From Antedon mediterranea (taxonomy: Eukaryota > Animalia > Echinodermata), in NCBI RefSeq assembly GCF_964355755.1, contig NC_092678.1, positions 202,422 through 266,421 on the forward strand: DNA of 64,000 bases, written 5' to 3'. Of the stretch, positions 25,301 to 45,880 are shown piece after piece; position 1 is the stretch's first letter, and the number at the start of each line of letters is the position of its first letter. Position numbers and translations under genes: made by a program. The notes beneath the pieces are model-generated. The model saw only the letters and a list, made by a program, of their open reading frames with translations, searched no databases and was not told the origin of the DNA.

Positions 25301-26212
25301 TGTCACACCAAAATCAGTCCGGGCCAAAATCGGTCCGGCGGACCAGTTTTGGCTGCCAAAATCAGTCCGGGGGACCATTTATGGCTGCCAAAACCTGTCC
25401 GGCCGGACCAATTTTGGCCGCCAAAACTGGTCCGGCCTGGATAAAATCGGTCCGGGCAGTAGGACTGTTTTTGGCCGCCAAATATGGTCCGGTCTTACAA
25501 ATATATGGTGAGCAAAATGAGTCATAATGTATATATCATTAAAAAAAGGCCATTATTAGTCATTATATTGAAAACTATGGGGTTTTATTTGTTATTTTAA
25601 TATTATAAATTAAGCCTGTTTTTTTTATTATCATTATTAGTAGTAACTCATCAATAATTAGTACTAATTGTTAGGCTTTTTGTATACAATATGTATCTCT
25701 GCCTGTTTTTAATCCATTTTGTTCTTTTTTAACATCTTCGTTTCCCCATGATGTTAAAAACAATTTAATTTATTAATTATTTATGGTTAATCAATCAATA
25801 TATCAATTCAATACAATTATTATAAAACAATTATCCAATATTGATTAGGCTGAGGAAGGAAAAAGGCCTCAATCATAAATACAATCTAGCTGGCAATATC
25901 AGCGTCTCATACCCGTTCATGTGAGTGTGTGGCAGGCCGAAATATGAGTGAACACCTAAGTCATGTTTTTAGATAAAATACATGTATTTATAGTATTTAT
26001 CCGACAAGATAACTTATTAATATATATCATGGAATATTTTTCTAGCCATAAACAACTTAAAACAGCATCATATGCCTAGTAATTCAATTAAAATCGACAG
26101 AAGAAAAGCCCGGACCGATTTTGGCAGTGGCGGACTGCTTTTGGCCACAATTTTAGAGCCAAAACTGGTCCGGCCGGACCGATTTTGGCCCCGGACCATA
26201 TTTATCGTGACA
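25301..26212. mobile_element. Non-autonomous DNA transposon, TGT...ACA termini, 4-bp TSD (Ginger-like)
   Basis: GTAG|TGTCAC...GTGACA|GTAG; imperfect TIR of ~55 bp built from CCAAAATCGGTCCGG motifs. Confidence 0.75.
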
Positions 26213-26571
26213 GTAGCATGCCAGGCATGAAATTAATACCTAACAATAATATTAAGCTCGCAGGTCTAGCCTATAAATTAATCATACAATCATTTTTTAA
26301 AGCCACTGCAGTTAAGTCTACATGGCCTACGGTAAGCCACATTCAGAATCAGAAATATATAATTTTTGTTTTGAGAATGAAAGAGATTTATACATATTGG
26401 TCGAAAACATTACATTAAGGTTTAATACGACTGTTCTACGACACTCACACTAGAATAATTTCCGTAATTTTTGTTTTGTTTTTTAAATTTAAATGTTAAT
26501 TTGCTTGATTGAAGAAAGCAATTTTTTTGATAATTTTTTTTTATGATATTCAGCAGGAAAAGATTATTGAA

Positions 26572-29500
26572 ATGAGCTCATCACAGAGACGGTGCTGTGG
26601 AGGATCACATAGCCAATCAGAATGCACAACAAATGAAAAAAGTAAAAGGAAAATGAGTCGAAAGAGAGAAGGAAATAAACTAGAAAATGACAACTCACTT
26701 GCATTAGATCTCAGCAAAGTTGAAAACAATAATATGTTACCACAACCAAAGAAGTCACCACGTCTAAACAGAACATCTGAAAGAATACCGGCGGTATCAA
26801 CATTTAGACAAAAATCAACAAAAATACCAAATTCGGGTCAAATACCAAAAAGTACAAAGTTGAGACATGTTATGGACAATTCCTTAAGGAAAAAAACAGT
26901 TGCGAGACCTCACAGCAGTGTCGCAAAGGTAAGTAACTTAACAAAGGACAGGTCAGGATGGATGCGACCTGGAACAGCTCCTCTGATTAAAGTGACAGAG
27001 CCATTACCATCAACCCCTCTGATAGAGGTGACGGAGCCATTGCCACCAACAACTCTGATAGAGGTGACAGCGCCATTGCCACCAACAACTCCTTTGATTG
27101 AGGTGACAGCGCCATTCACAGCTTGGTCAGAAACAGAGCTTCTAGAAGCAATCGAAAAAACAAGTCTTCTTGAAGATGAAGATTCACAATCAGTAATTAC
27201 AGGTAACAACTAAATATTTATACATGATTTTTCAATGCTCTCAAACAAAATAAACTAAACAAGTCTTCTTGAAAATGAAGATTCACAATCAGTAATTACA
27301 GGTAACAACTCAATATTTATACATGATTTTTCAATGCTCAAACAAAATAAACTAAACAAGTCTTCTTGAAGATGAAGATTCACAATCAGTAATTACAGGT
27401 AACAACTAAATATTTATACATGATTTTTCAATGCTCAAACAAAATAAACTAAACAAGTCTTCTTGAAGATGAAGATTCACAATCAGTAATTACAGGTAAC
27501 AACTCAATATTTATACATGATTTTTCAAACAAAATTAACTTTTTGCATTAGAATTCTATGTTAACAGATATAACGATTTTAGTGTTTATTTATAGATACA
27601 TCATTACTGCCTTGTTCAACATTGAATGATGATAGTGAAGACGACGAGCAACACAAACTTAAAGACCCGATTCAGAAGTTGATGGAAATTCCACCGGATG
27701 ACGGAGAATATGACACCGATCTTGACGAAGAATTCCCTGCCGGTACATATAGCTTCTCATTATGTGCATTAATAACCTTAAAAACATGTTTTAATGTCTT
27801 TTGTTATATAAAAATATTATAAACTTTTAAAATTCAGGTCAACAAAAGGAATACGACTCTACAGGACGTACCATCTATTTAGAGCAGTGTCAAGCTGAAG
27901 GTAATATTATCTTGTGATATAAAATTCAAAATCAAATGATAATCAATTCGGTTACATAAGTACACAAAGTTTTTAAAATACCAGTTCTAGTATTCATGTT
28001 TACTGCCTATCTTTCTACCACAGTTTACCTAACATTGGATTATGTAAGTTAGTTGTATCACTGTTTATATTAGTTACACTTCAATCAAGTGCACTATGTA
28101 TTAAATTATTTTAAATTATTAATTTACTGCTTTGCTTCTAACTTATAAATGTTTATAGCATAGAATATCTTTTAGTTCTTCATTTTTTCTTCACATAATC
28201 CAGCAATTCCTTCAGAATAATGTAATAATATAATATGTGGATAATAAACACTGCCAGGCTAGGATAGGTAGCAATTGAAGGTGCAGAGCATGGTAATGCT
28301 AGGTATTAATATGTCAATGTACATTTTGTTTACAGCATATTGTATACAGCACAAAGCACTGCTGTATATATTGCTATATATTTGTTTACAGCATATTGTA
28401 TACAGCACAAAGCACTGCTGTATATATTGCTATATATTTGTTTACAGCATATTGTATACAGCACAAAGCACTGCTGTATATATTGCTATATATTTGTTTA
28501 CAGCATATTGTATACAGCACAAAGCACTGCTGTATATATTGCTATATATTTGTTTACAGCATATTGTATACAGCACAAAGCACTGCTGTATATATTGCTA
28601 TATATTTGTTTACAGCATATTGTATACAACACAAAGCACTGCTGTATATATTGCTATATATTTGTTTACAGCATATTGTATACAACACAAAGCACTGCTG
28701 TATATATTGCTATATATTTGTTTACAGCATATTGTATACAGCACAAAGCACTGCTGTATATATTGCTATATATTTGTTTACAGCATATTGTATACAGCAC
28801 AAAGCACTGCTGTATATATTGCTATATATTTGTTTACAGCATATTGTATACAGCACAAAGCACTGCTGTATATATTGCTATATATTTGTTTACAGCATAT
28901 TGTATACAGCACAAAGCACTGCTGTATATATTGCTATATATTTGTTTACTGCATATTGTATACAGCACAAAGCACTGCTGTATATATTGCTATATATTTG
29001 TTTACAGCATATTGTATACAACACAAAGCATTGCTGTATATATTGCTATATATTTGTTTACAGCATATTGTATACAACACAAAGCACTGCTGTATATATT
29101 GCTATATATTTGTTTACAGCATATTGTATACAGCACAAAGCACTGCTGTATATATTGCTATATATTTGTTTACAGCATATTGTATACAACACAAAGCACT
29201 GCTGTATATATTGCTATATATTTGTTTACAGCATATTGTATACAACACAAAGCACTGCTGTATATATTGCTATATATTTGTTTACAGCATATTGTATACA
29301 GCACAAAGCACTGCTGTATATATTGCTATATATTTGTTTACAGCATATTGTATACAGCACAAAGCACTGCTGTATATATTGCTATATATTTGTTTACAGC
29401 ATATTGTATACAGCACAAAGCACTGCTGTATATATTGCTATATATTTGTTTACAGCATATTGTATACAACACAAAGCACTGCTGTATATATTGCTATATA

Positions 29501-32500
29501 TTTGTTTACAGCATATTGTATACAACACAAAGCACTGCTGTATATATTGCTATATATTTGTTTACAGCATATTGTATACAGCACAAAGCACTGCTGTATA
29601 TATTGCTATATATTTGTTTACAGCATATTGTATACAGCACAAAGCACTGCTTAGTCTGGGCTCCAGACGGAGTTTTTTCTTAATATTAGTAAAAATATAA
29701 ACATTTTTGCACATATGACGTTTCATACGTGTATTACTTGAGTTTGGATACTCCGTCTGGGGAAACACGCAAAAGTCACGTGGTTTGACACCAAGAATTC
29801 TTGGTGCATAGATTATCCGGTTGACTAGTTTCAGCTGCATGCGATTGGCTACTCACTCGTACACCGTTTTAATATTCATATTTCAGAATTTCAAAGACTC
29901 AACAACTAAGATGGTACGCATGCGCTATGTTACGTTTAGACAATGTACTAATTGGGTACATTTTCTGAAGGCTAGAAATGATTTTGATGGGATTTTCCCC
30001 AAGAACATGAAAACTCGTCTTGCTTCTCCGCAAATCAAACATTGAATGGATCATTTAATATTACGCGGAGATAATTTGATTTAAATCCCACCTAGGCCTA
30101 GACCCTGTCCTGTTCTGTGTAGTGGTGTCGTAGCCCTGTCTGTTGTGTGTGAATCCTGTTGTGTGCCGGTGGTGGTATGTAGGCCTACCTCTTATTGGCG
30201 TTTTATTTGGCAGATCATACGTGCGAGTTGAAGTAGGCCTAGGCTAAGGACTAAACAATTAATAAACAAAACAACTTGGCAACACGATTTCATATTTCAA
30301 CAGTCTCGATCGTACATTCAGCACTGTACGTACTCGATCTTTTTCATTTTGAAACAAAATGATCATTGGTTGATTTGAAATCCATATTTACATACCGCCC
30401 GCCCCATATAGCCAAATACGGTATGATAACCTACGTCATTCTTATCAGTTGTTTGCGGTCTGCAAATCGATTTCTATACGTGTTTCACAAGTCTGTATTT
30501 TCAGACAAAAATCGCGGTCGAAATAAAAACAAATAAATTATAAAAAAAAACAATACAGACTTGGGGCAAGTCTAAGCACTGCTGTATATATTGCTATATA
30601 TTTGTTTACAGCATATTGTATACAGCACAAAGCACTGCTGTATATATTGCTATATATTTGTTTACAGCATATTGTATATGTTATGCGCGATTTGAACGAT
30701 TTGCGCAATTTGAAATTGCGCAAAAAAATCCTTGCGCAATTTGAAATTGCGCAAAGAATTCTTGCGCAATTTAAAATTGCGCAAGGATTTTTTTGCGCAA
30801 TTTGAAATTGCGCAATCAACTTGCGCAATTTCAAATTGCGCAAGAAAATCTTTGCGCAATTTTAAATTGCGCTGCACAATTTGTAAATTGCGCAAGATAG
30901 TTCTTGCGCAATATGACACCTTTGCGCAATTTGAAAACGAACTGTAAATTTTCCCATACATGGCTAGGCTAGGCCTAGGCAGAGGAGTTTAAAATTTAGT
31001 ATTTTATTATATAAATAAGACCATTTCAATGAAGATAATGTTTAATACTCACTTTTTAAGTTTTTAATATTAGTTTAAGCTAGGCCATGTAACCTAGTCA
31101 GTATCAGTAGTCCAGACCCTAGCTAGGCTAGAGTAGTATAGCCGGCCGCCCGCGCCGCGCCCGCCTGGTGGAACACCACCGCTTCGTTTTCCTTCGTCGG
31201 TTCTTCGACGGTATGCTAACTTATAACAATATTTGCACTACTAAAATAAGGAAATGCGATATTTATGTTTAATTTTGAATCATTCTTAGAAATTACTATA
31301 AAATATGGGTGTGCATGATTTCACAATCTGTCGAAAAACCTTGCGCAATTTGCAGATTACTTGCGCAATTTAATACGTTGCTTGCGCAATTTGAAACACA
31401 TGTTTCAATTCAAATTGCGCAAGGATTTTTTTTGCGCAATTTCAAATTGCGCAAATCGTTCAAATCGCGCATAACATATACAACACAAAGCACTGCTGTA
31501 TATATTGCTATATATTTGTTTACAGCATATTGTATACAGCACAAAGCACTGCTGTATATATTGCTATATATTTGTTTACAGCATATTGTATACAGCACAA
31601 AGCACTGCTGTATATATTGCTATATATTTGTTTACAGCATATTGTATACAACACAAAGCACTGCTGTATATATTGCTATATATTTGTTTACAGCATATTG
31701 TATACAGCACAAAGCACTGCTGTATATATTGCTATATATTTGTTTACAGCATATTGTATACAGCACAAAGCACTGCTGTATATATTGCTATATATTTGTT
31801 TACAGCATATTGTATACAGCACAAAGCACTGCTGTATATATTGCTATATATTTGTTTACAGCATATTGTATACAACACAAAGCACTGCTGTATATATTGC
31901 TATATATTTGTTTACAGCATATTGTATACAGCACAAAGCACTGCTGTATATATTGCTATATATTTGTTTACTGCATATTGTATACAGCACAAAGCACTGC
32001 TGTATATATTGCTTATTATATAACACCTATATAAATTCCTGTCATTTGATTGGACGAATGTGGGTCACATGGCGTGCAATAGTACGCACTATTCAACGAT
32101 CGTTAAATAGTACTTTTTGAAACATTTTTGTGTACGAAAAAAAAACGTCTAGATGTTATATAAAACAAATAATGAATGTTTTGTATTCGTGTAATGGTAC
32201 AAATAATGGCACTTGGTGAATGATGAAAGGTTATATCAACTCGGCTTTGCCTCGTTGATATAACCTTTCATCATTCACCTCGTGCCATTATTTGTACCAT
32301 TGCACTCATAAACATTCATTATTTGTATAATATTTATTGCACTTCATTGTGTTAAATTAGCAAACATTTATATTTACGATAACAAATTGTAAAATGTTTG
32401 TACAATGCAGGAGTTGATCCGATATCATTTGTTCTGCGTAACTTCCATCAACCTAAATTGCAGTTATGTCATCGTTACATGTCCGCAAGAGATATTAAGC

Positions 32501-35500
32501 CTCTTGCGCAAGCTCTTGGGGTAAGTTATATAAATACACAAAATAATAAGTTATATAAATACACAAAATAATAAGTTATATAAATACACAAAGTAATAAG
32601 TTATATAAATACACAAAATAATAAGTTATATAAATACACAAAATAATAAGTTATATAAATACACAAAATAATAAGTTATATAAATACACAAAATAATAAG
32701 TTATATAAATACACAAAATAATAAGTTATATAAATACACAAAATAATAAGTTATATAAATACACAAAATAATAAGTTATATAAATACACAAAATAATAAG
32801 TTATATAAATACACAAAATAATAAGTTATATAAATACACAAAATAATAAGTTATATAAATAGTTATACATACATAAAAGATAATAATTTGCATTTGTTTT
32901 AGTTTCCATTTCTGAGTACAATTATTTTGGTTTTTTTTCACTCAGAGTAACTCATGTATAGAAGATTTAGACTTGAATGACAACCATCTAACTGATGAGG
33001 GCGCTTTAGCTATTGCTGTTATGATGCGAAACAACAACTACATTCACAAATTGGTTTGTATTATTTTGTTGAGACCTTTAAAGTACGAGGAGGCTGCTAA
33101 TGTATAAATCGCAACCAATAATATTTTTTGCCTATATAGGATTTATCGGACAATGTGATTGGTCGAAAAGGTGCAGCGGCAATGTCGTTCATGTTAGAGA
33201 GTAACTACACACTTAAGAAGCTGTGCTTAAGTGGCAATCACTTAACAGATATTGATGCCTCGATTCTGTCCAATGGTCTAAGAACCAATGGCACACTAAC
33301 GGAGCTGGACTTAAGTTACAATGAATTTGGAGAGACTGGTGGTGTGAGTCTAGGACTTGCTTTGGTTGGTATCAATTATGTGTGTCTCAAAGTAAATAAA
33401 GTAATTCTCATATTTAACATTTATTATCTTAAAATAATTTCTGGTATTATATTATATTTAGGCAGCTAACGATGGCTTAGTTTACCTCGACTTAAGGTGG
33501 AACAGTTTACGTGGAAAGGGAGCAGTAGCAATAGCCAATGCACTAAAGGTACAGTACACTAGTAGCTATAGCCAATGCACTTGAGGTACAGTACACTAGT
33601 TGCAATAGCCAACAGCTATTACAGTATCAACTTCTTGTGTAAAATTGATGAATGTCTTCATGAGGTGAAGAAAATAAAGTTAAAATATTGTTTTATTGCG
33701 TTAGGTGAACACAAGTCTTGAAGTATTAGATTTGTCTAAAAATGCAGTTGGTTTGCCGGGCTGTATAGCCTTTATGAGGTCATTAAAGGTCAACCATGGC
33801 CTCCGTATTCTCAACTTAAGGTACGTACCACAATACAAACATTCAGTCACAATATCATCACATGCCATGTACTGTATAACATTCAGTCACAATATCATCA
33901 CATGCCATGTACTGTATAACATTCAGTCACAATATCATCACATGCCATGTACTGTATAACATTCAGTCACAATATCATCACATGCCATGTACTGTATAAC
34001 ATTCAGTCACAATATCATCACATGCCATGTACTGTATAACATTCAGTCACAATATCATCACATGCCATGTACTGTATAACATTCAGTCACAATATCATCA
34101 CATGCCATGTACTGTATAACATTCAGGTCAATATTTCACTAGTTTCAATTTATATGTTTCATACTTTTAAAACATTGACTAATTATTTCATTTTTTTATT
34201 AGCCATAATCATGTGAACCCCCAAGCTACTCAAAAACTTGCACTTGGTTTGAAGAAAAACATTAGGCTTGAGGTGTTAATGGTAAGCCAGTTATTCTAAC
34301 ATATTTTTTATTTAATAACTTCAGCTGTCAAGTCAAAAAGTCATTCTATGCATGCGCATGACTTTATGAATGTATTAAAAACAAAATTAAATGTCTCAAT
34401 GTAACTGGTTTCTTATTTTATCTGAAAAATTAAGAAAAAAATTTATGTAATTTTTTTTTCTCAGTTGAACAGTAACCCAATTGGAGATGAAGGAATTGTT
34501 GCTTTGCTGAAAGCTCTCGTTGTGAACACATCTCTCAAACTGCTCAACCTCATGGTACACCCTTATTTTGGGTTACTCTTAATATTATTATAATAGTTAA
34601 TACACAAATACTATTTATGTAATATTAATAACCATATAAGGCAACTATACGTTGTTTACTTTTAATTTTCACATCAAATTTCTGGACAGGATTTTTCAGT
34701 TTCCAAGTCAGTTCACGAAAAGCTGAAAGAAATTCAAGAAGATCGAGATGTTTTTATTATTTGTCGAGACCCACAACGTAACAAACCTGATAGCAAGGTG
34801 TGTGTAGGCCTAAATACTGCTGATGATAGAGACTTGGCTTAAAAAAAAACATTGTTAATAATCTGTTGGTTTGAATACAGACATTTATGATAAAGCTAAA
34901 GTGTATCCAAATATGGTACTGATATACTCGAATATGGTAGTGATGCTGTATACCCAAATATGGTAGTTACAACATCATTGTGTCCATATATGGGCACATC
35001 ACATAAAGTTTGATAGTGTAGACAGAGCTTAATAATTAATGTTTTGTTAACAGGACAGCATAATTGCTGTGAGTGTGATTAATGAGTTCATTAACAAGAA
35101 CCAGACGCAAGTGATAGATAAATTTTACGCAGTGGATGAAGAGAGAACAGGTTTCATTTTAGCAACTCAGTTTGTAACAACTCTTCTTGAAGCAGGATGC
35201 GACGTCAGAAAAGTAAGTTTTACTTGATAGGTTGCTGAACAATGCAGCCACTTTTTAAATAGTGTGTTTGCTGTCGGCTGGTGGATGAATGAAAAACGTT
35301 ACTTTTTTTTCTTTTCCAGTCTGATTTGAAGAAAGTGTTGACCATTCTTCACCTTGAAGATTCTCATAAAATCTCTTACAGGTAAGCCGACTTATTTATA
35401 ATATTTTCTGAAAGATTAGTTTAAGCTATTTTACCAATATATAATTACATAGCTGTTATTTTTTCTTTGTAGGCATATTTTAAATGGCTGTTCAGCGCTT

Positions 35501-35533
35501 TGTCAAGATACACGTATTGGAAATACAACATGA
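26572..35533 (+). CDS. LRRC74A: Leucine-rich repeat-containing protein 74-like (RI-type LRRs, C-terminal EF-hand-like region, disordered N-terminus)
   Basis: Exons 26572-27202, 27596-27742, 27838-27900, 32411-32520, 32946-33053, 33140-33364, 33462-33548, 33705-33820, 34203-34281, 34465-34554, 34690-34797, 35054-35212, 35320-35381, 35473-35533 (TGA), all phase-consistent. YDTDLDE...YLEQCQAEGVDPISFVLRN and LDLSYNEFGETGG/LDLRWNSLRGKGAVAI resemble LRRC74A/B from recall; the A/B assignment is uncertain. Confidence 0.8.
27157..27530 (+). repeat. 97-99-bp tandem duplication x4 spanning an exon end and splice donor
   Basis: AACAAGTCTTCTTGAAGATGAAGATTCACAATCAGTAATTACAG|GTAACAAC repeated; donors at 27203, 27302, 27399, 27496. 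Confidence 0.95.
29652..30574. mobile_element. Non-autonomous DNA transposon, TAG...CTA termini, 9-bp TSD, terminal hairpins (AcademH- or MULE-like)
   Basis: AGCACTGCT|TAGTCTGGGCTCCAGAC...AGACTTGGGGCAAGTCTA|AGCACTGCT; the empty site is readable from the flanking satellite unit. Confidence 0.8.
30679..31476. mobile_element. MITE with long near-perfect TIRs, TGT...ACA termini, TATA TSD (Ginger-like)
   Basis: TATA|TGTTATGCGCGATTTGAACGATTTGCGCAATTTGAAATTGCGC... mirrored at the right end; many TTGCGCAA palindromes. Confidence 0.88.
32012..32332. mobile_element. Dispersed repeat with a ~165-nt foldback hairpin
   Basis: Arms ~32165-32240 and ~32254-32326 are reverse complements around TCGGCTTTGCCTC; the first ~80 bp match 20371-20460. 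Confidence 0.65.
32521..32860. repeat. 25-bp minisatellite, ~13 copies, starting at a splice-donor GT
   Basis: G-TAAGTTATATAAATACACAAAATAA repeated from the first intron base. Confidence 0.95.
33839..34126. repeat. 40-bp minisatellite x7
   Basis: Unit ACATTCAGTCACAATATCATCACATGCCATGTACTGTATA. Confidence 0.95.
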
Positions 35534-37171
35534 ATACAGAATGAATGTTACTAAATAATTTATTGATCATGTTGTGTGTGTACATGATCATGTTGTGTGC
35601 GTACATAATCAGGTTGTGTGCGTACATGATCATGTTGTGTGCTTACATGATCATGTTGATTTGATAATCGCTATGCTGCATCCTCAAGTCTTCCAGAAAG
35701 ACATACATTTTATTCCAGAAAAGACATTGTTTTTTATTGTATAATAATAATATAGTCTTTCAATGAGCTACAAGAGTGTAGCAAGAATATGAATTCCTTT
35801 GTGTAAGCAATCTTTCACCCTGTGTGTGCATACTATGTTTGTTGTGCTAATATTTTAACTTTGTATATTTAATATCTAGAACCAAAGATTACTGAATGCT
35901 GTGTGTAAACTATACAATCTCTAACCAAACTTGTCTGTTTGTGTGTGAATAAACTACCAATTCTTTCTACATTTACTGTGTTTTTAATATGTATACATTT
36001 AAATCTATTAAATATTATTGTGCCAGTTTGATTCAGAATTTTAAAAACATTATTTATAAATTTATATACACCACACACTGAATGCAAAAAAAAAAAAAAG
36101 AATTGCAACAGCTGTAGCCAGTGGGGCAGTAGCCTTCAACTATGAAGTTTGCTCCTAAATGGAAGAAGAAGAAATCAATGACACAGATAAAAAGATTACA
36201 ATAGAGTTCAATCTGAGATAGGATTTGTTTTAATAGTTACCAAATGTCTTTTTCTTAATACATAGTTTACAGATACCCCGATGAATATTAAATATTAAGG
36301 ACCACCTTTAGAAATCAACAGGAGAGTGGGATATTCTTGGATAAAAAGGTTTAAAAAAAAGATATGTAGTAAGATTTTCCATGACATCTGAAAGAAACTG
36401 ACTCAAAAAAATATAAAACATAAAAAACAATATTGAAGCACCTAAATAATGTACACTCCATGAAAAAGCAACAATATTTACAGCACACCATGTTGTCATG
36501 ACAACAGCAAATAACAACCAGTCTTAAATTAACAATCAAAATAAATTTATATTTTTTGTTAATCAGAATAAATGTGACCAACATTCCAATGCGCTTCGGT
36601 TATCAATCGTATTTGCATGATAATTTGATTTTAAAATGATATTTTATTTATGATACAATTCTATATTGTTACAACCTACACTAAGCATTTAGTATAAAAT
36701 GCACATACAAGTATATTCAACATTTAAAGCAGGCCAAATGTAATAGATTTTAATTTATAAATGTTATACAATCTGAACAATTACAACTCATGAGGTGGGT
36801 ATTGACTTCTTACCATACATTCTAGATCAAATATTATCTCAGTATGCAATGTCAGGGGTCAAGACTTCTTAACATACTCCAAAGATATTTTGTAAATCTT
36901 TTAATACACCCACATCTACATGAATGCATGCAAACAACTTTCAAAATTTGAAAATAATTGTTACTATACTACTATGCTATAGATATTCCCCAAATAGTTC
37001 ATTACAATCCATCATACACTGTTAAAGTTTCCACAGTAGAAAGAATACTGCAGTTACTGCAGAAACTTTATCTCCTTACTGTATTGTATATTGCTCCTTG
37101 AATGTGTGAAATTCAACTCACGTTTTCATCAATGCTTCATGCGGTACTTAACATGTGTGCACTTGCGCCCT

Positions 37172-45880
<8,709 letters not shown>

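Larger units (their letters stand above)
28325..32011. repeat. 56-bp minisatellite interrupted by two transposon insertions
   Basis: Unit TTTGTTTACAGCATATTGTATACAGCACAAAGCACTGCTGTATATATTGCTATATA; blocks 28325-29651, 30575-30678, 31477-32011. Confidence 0.97.

Noticed and set aside
27265-27495. Duplicated LRRC74-like exon ends as new cassette exons
   Set aside because: They would be ~38 nt (frameshifting) and have only an AAG in a purine-rich context as acceptor
28275-29700. Three overlapping 434-459-aa ORFs
   Set aside because: Translations of a stop-free 56-bp intronic minisatellite; the same applies to ORFs at 5264-6340, 13875-14419, 31309-32120 and 56030-57628
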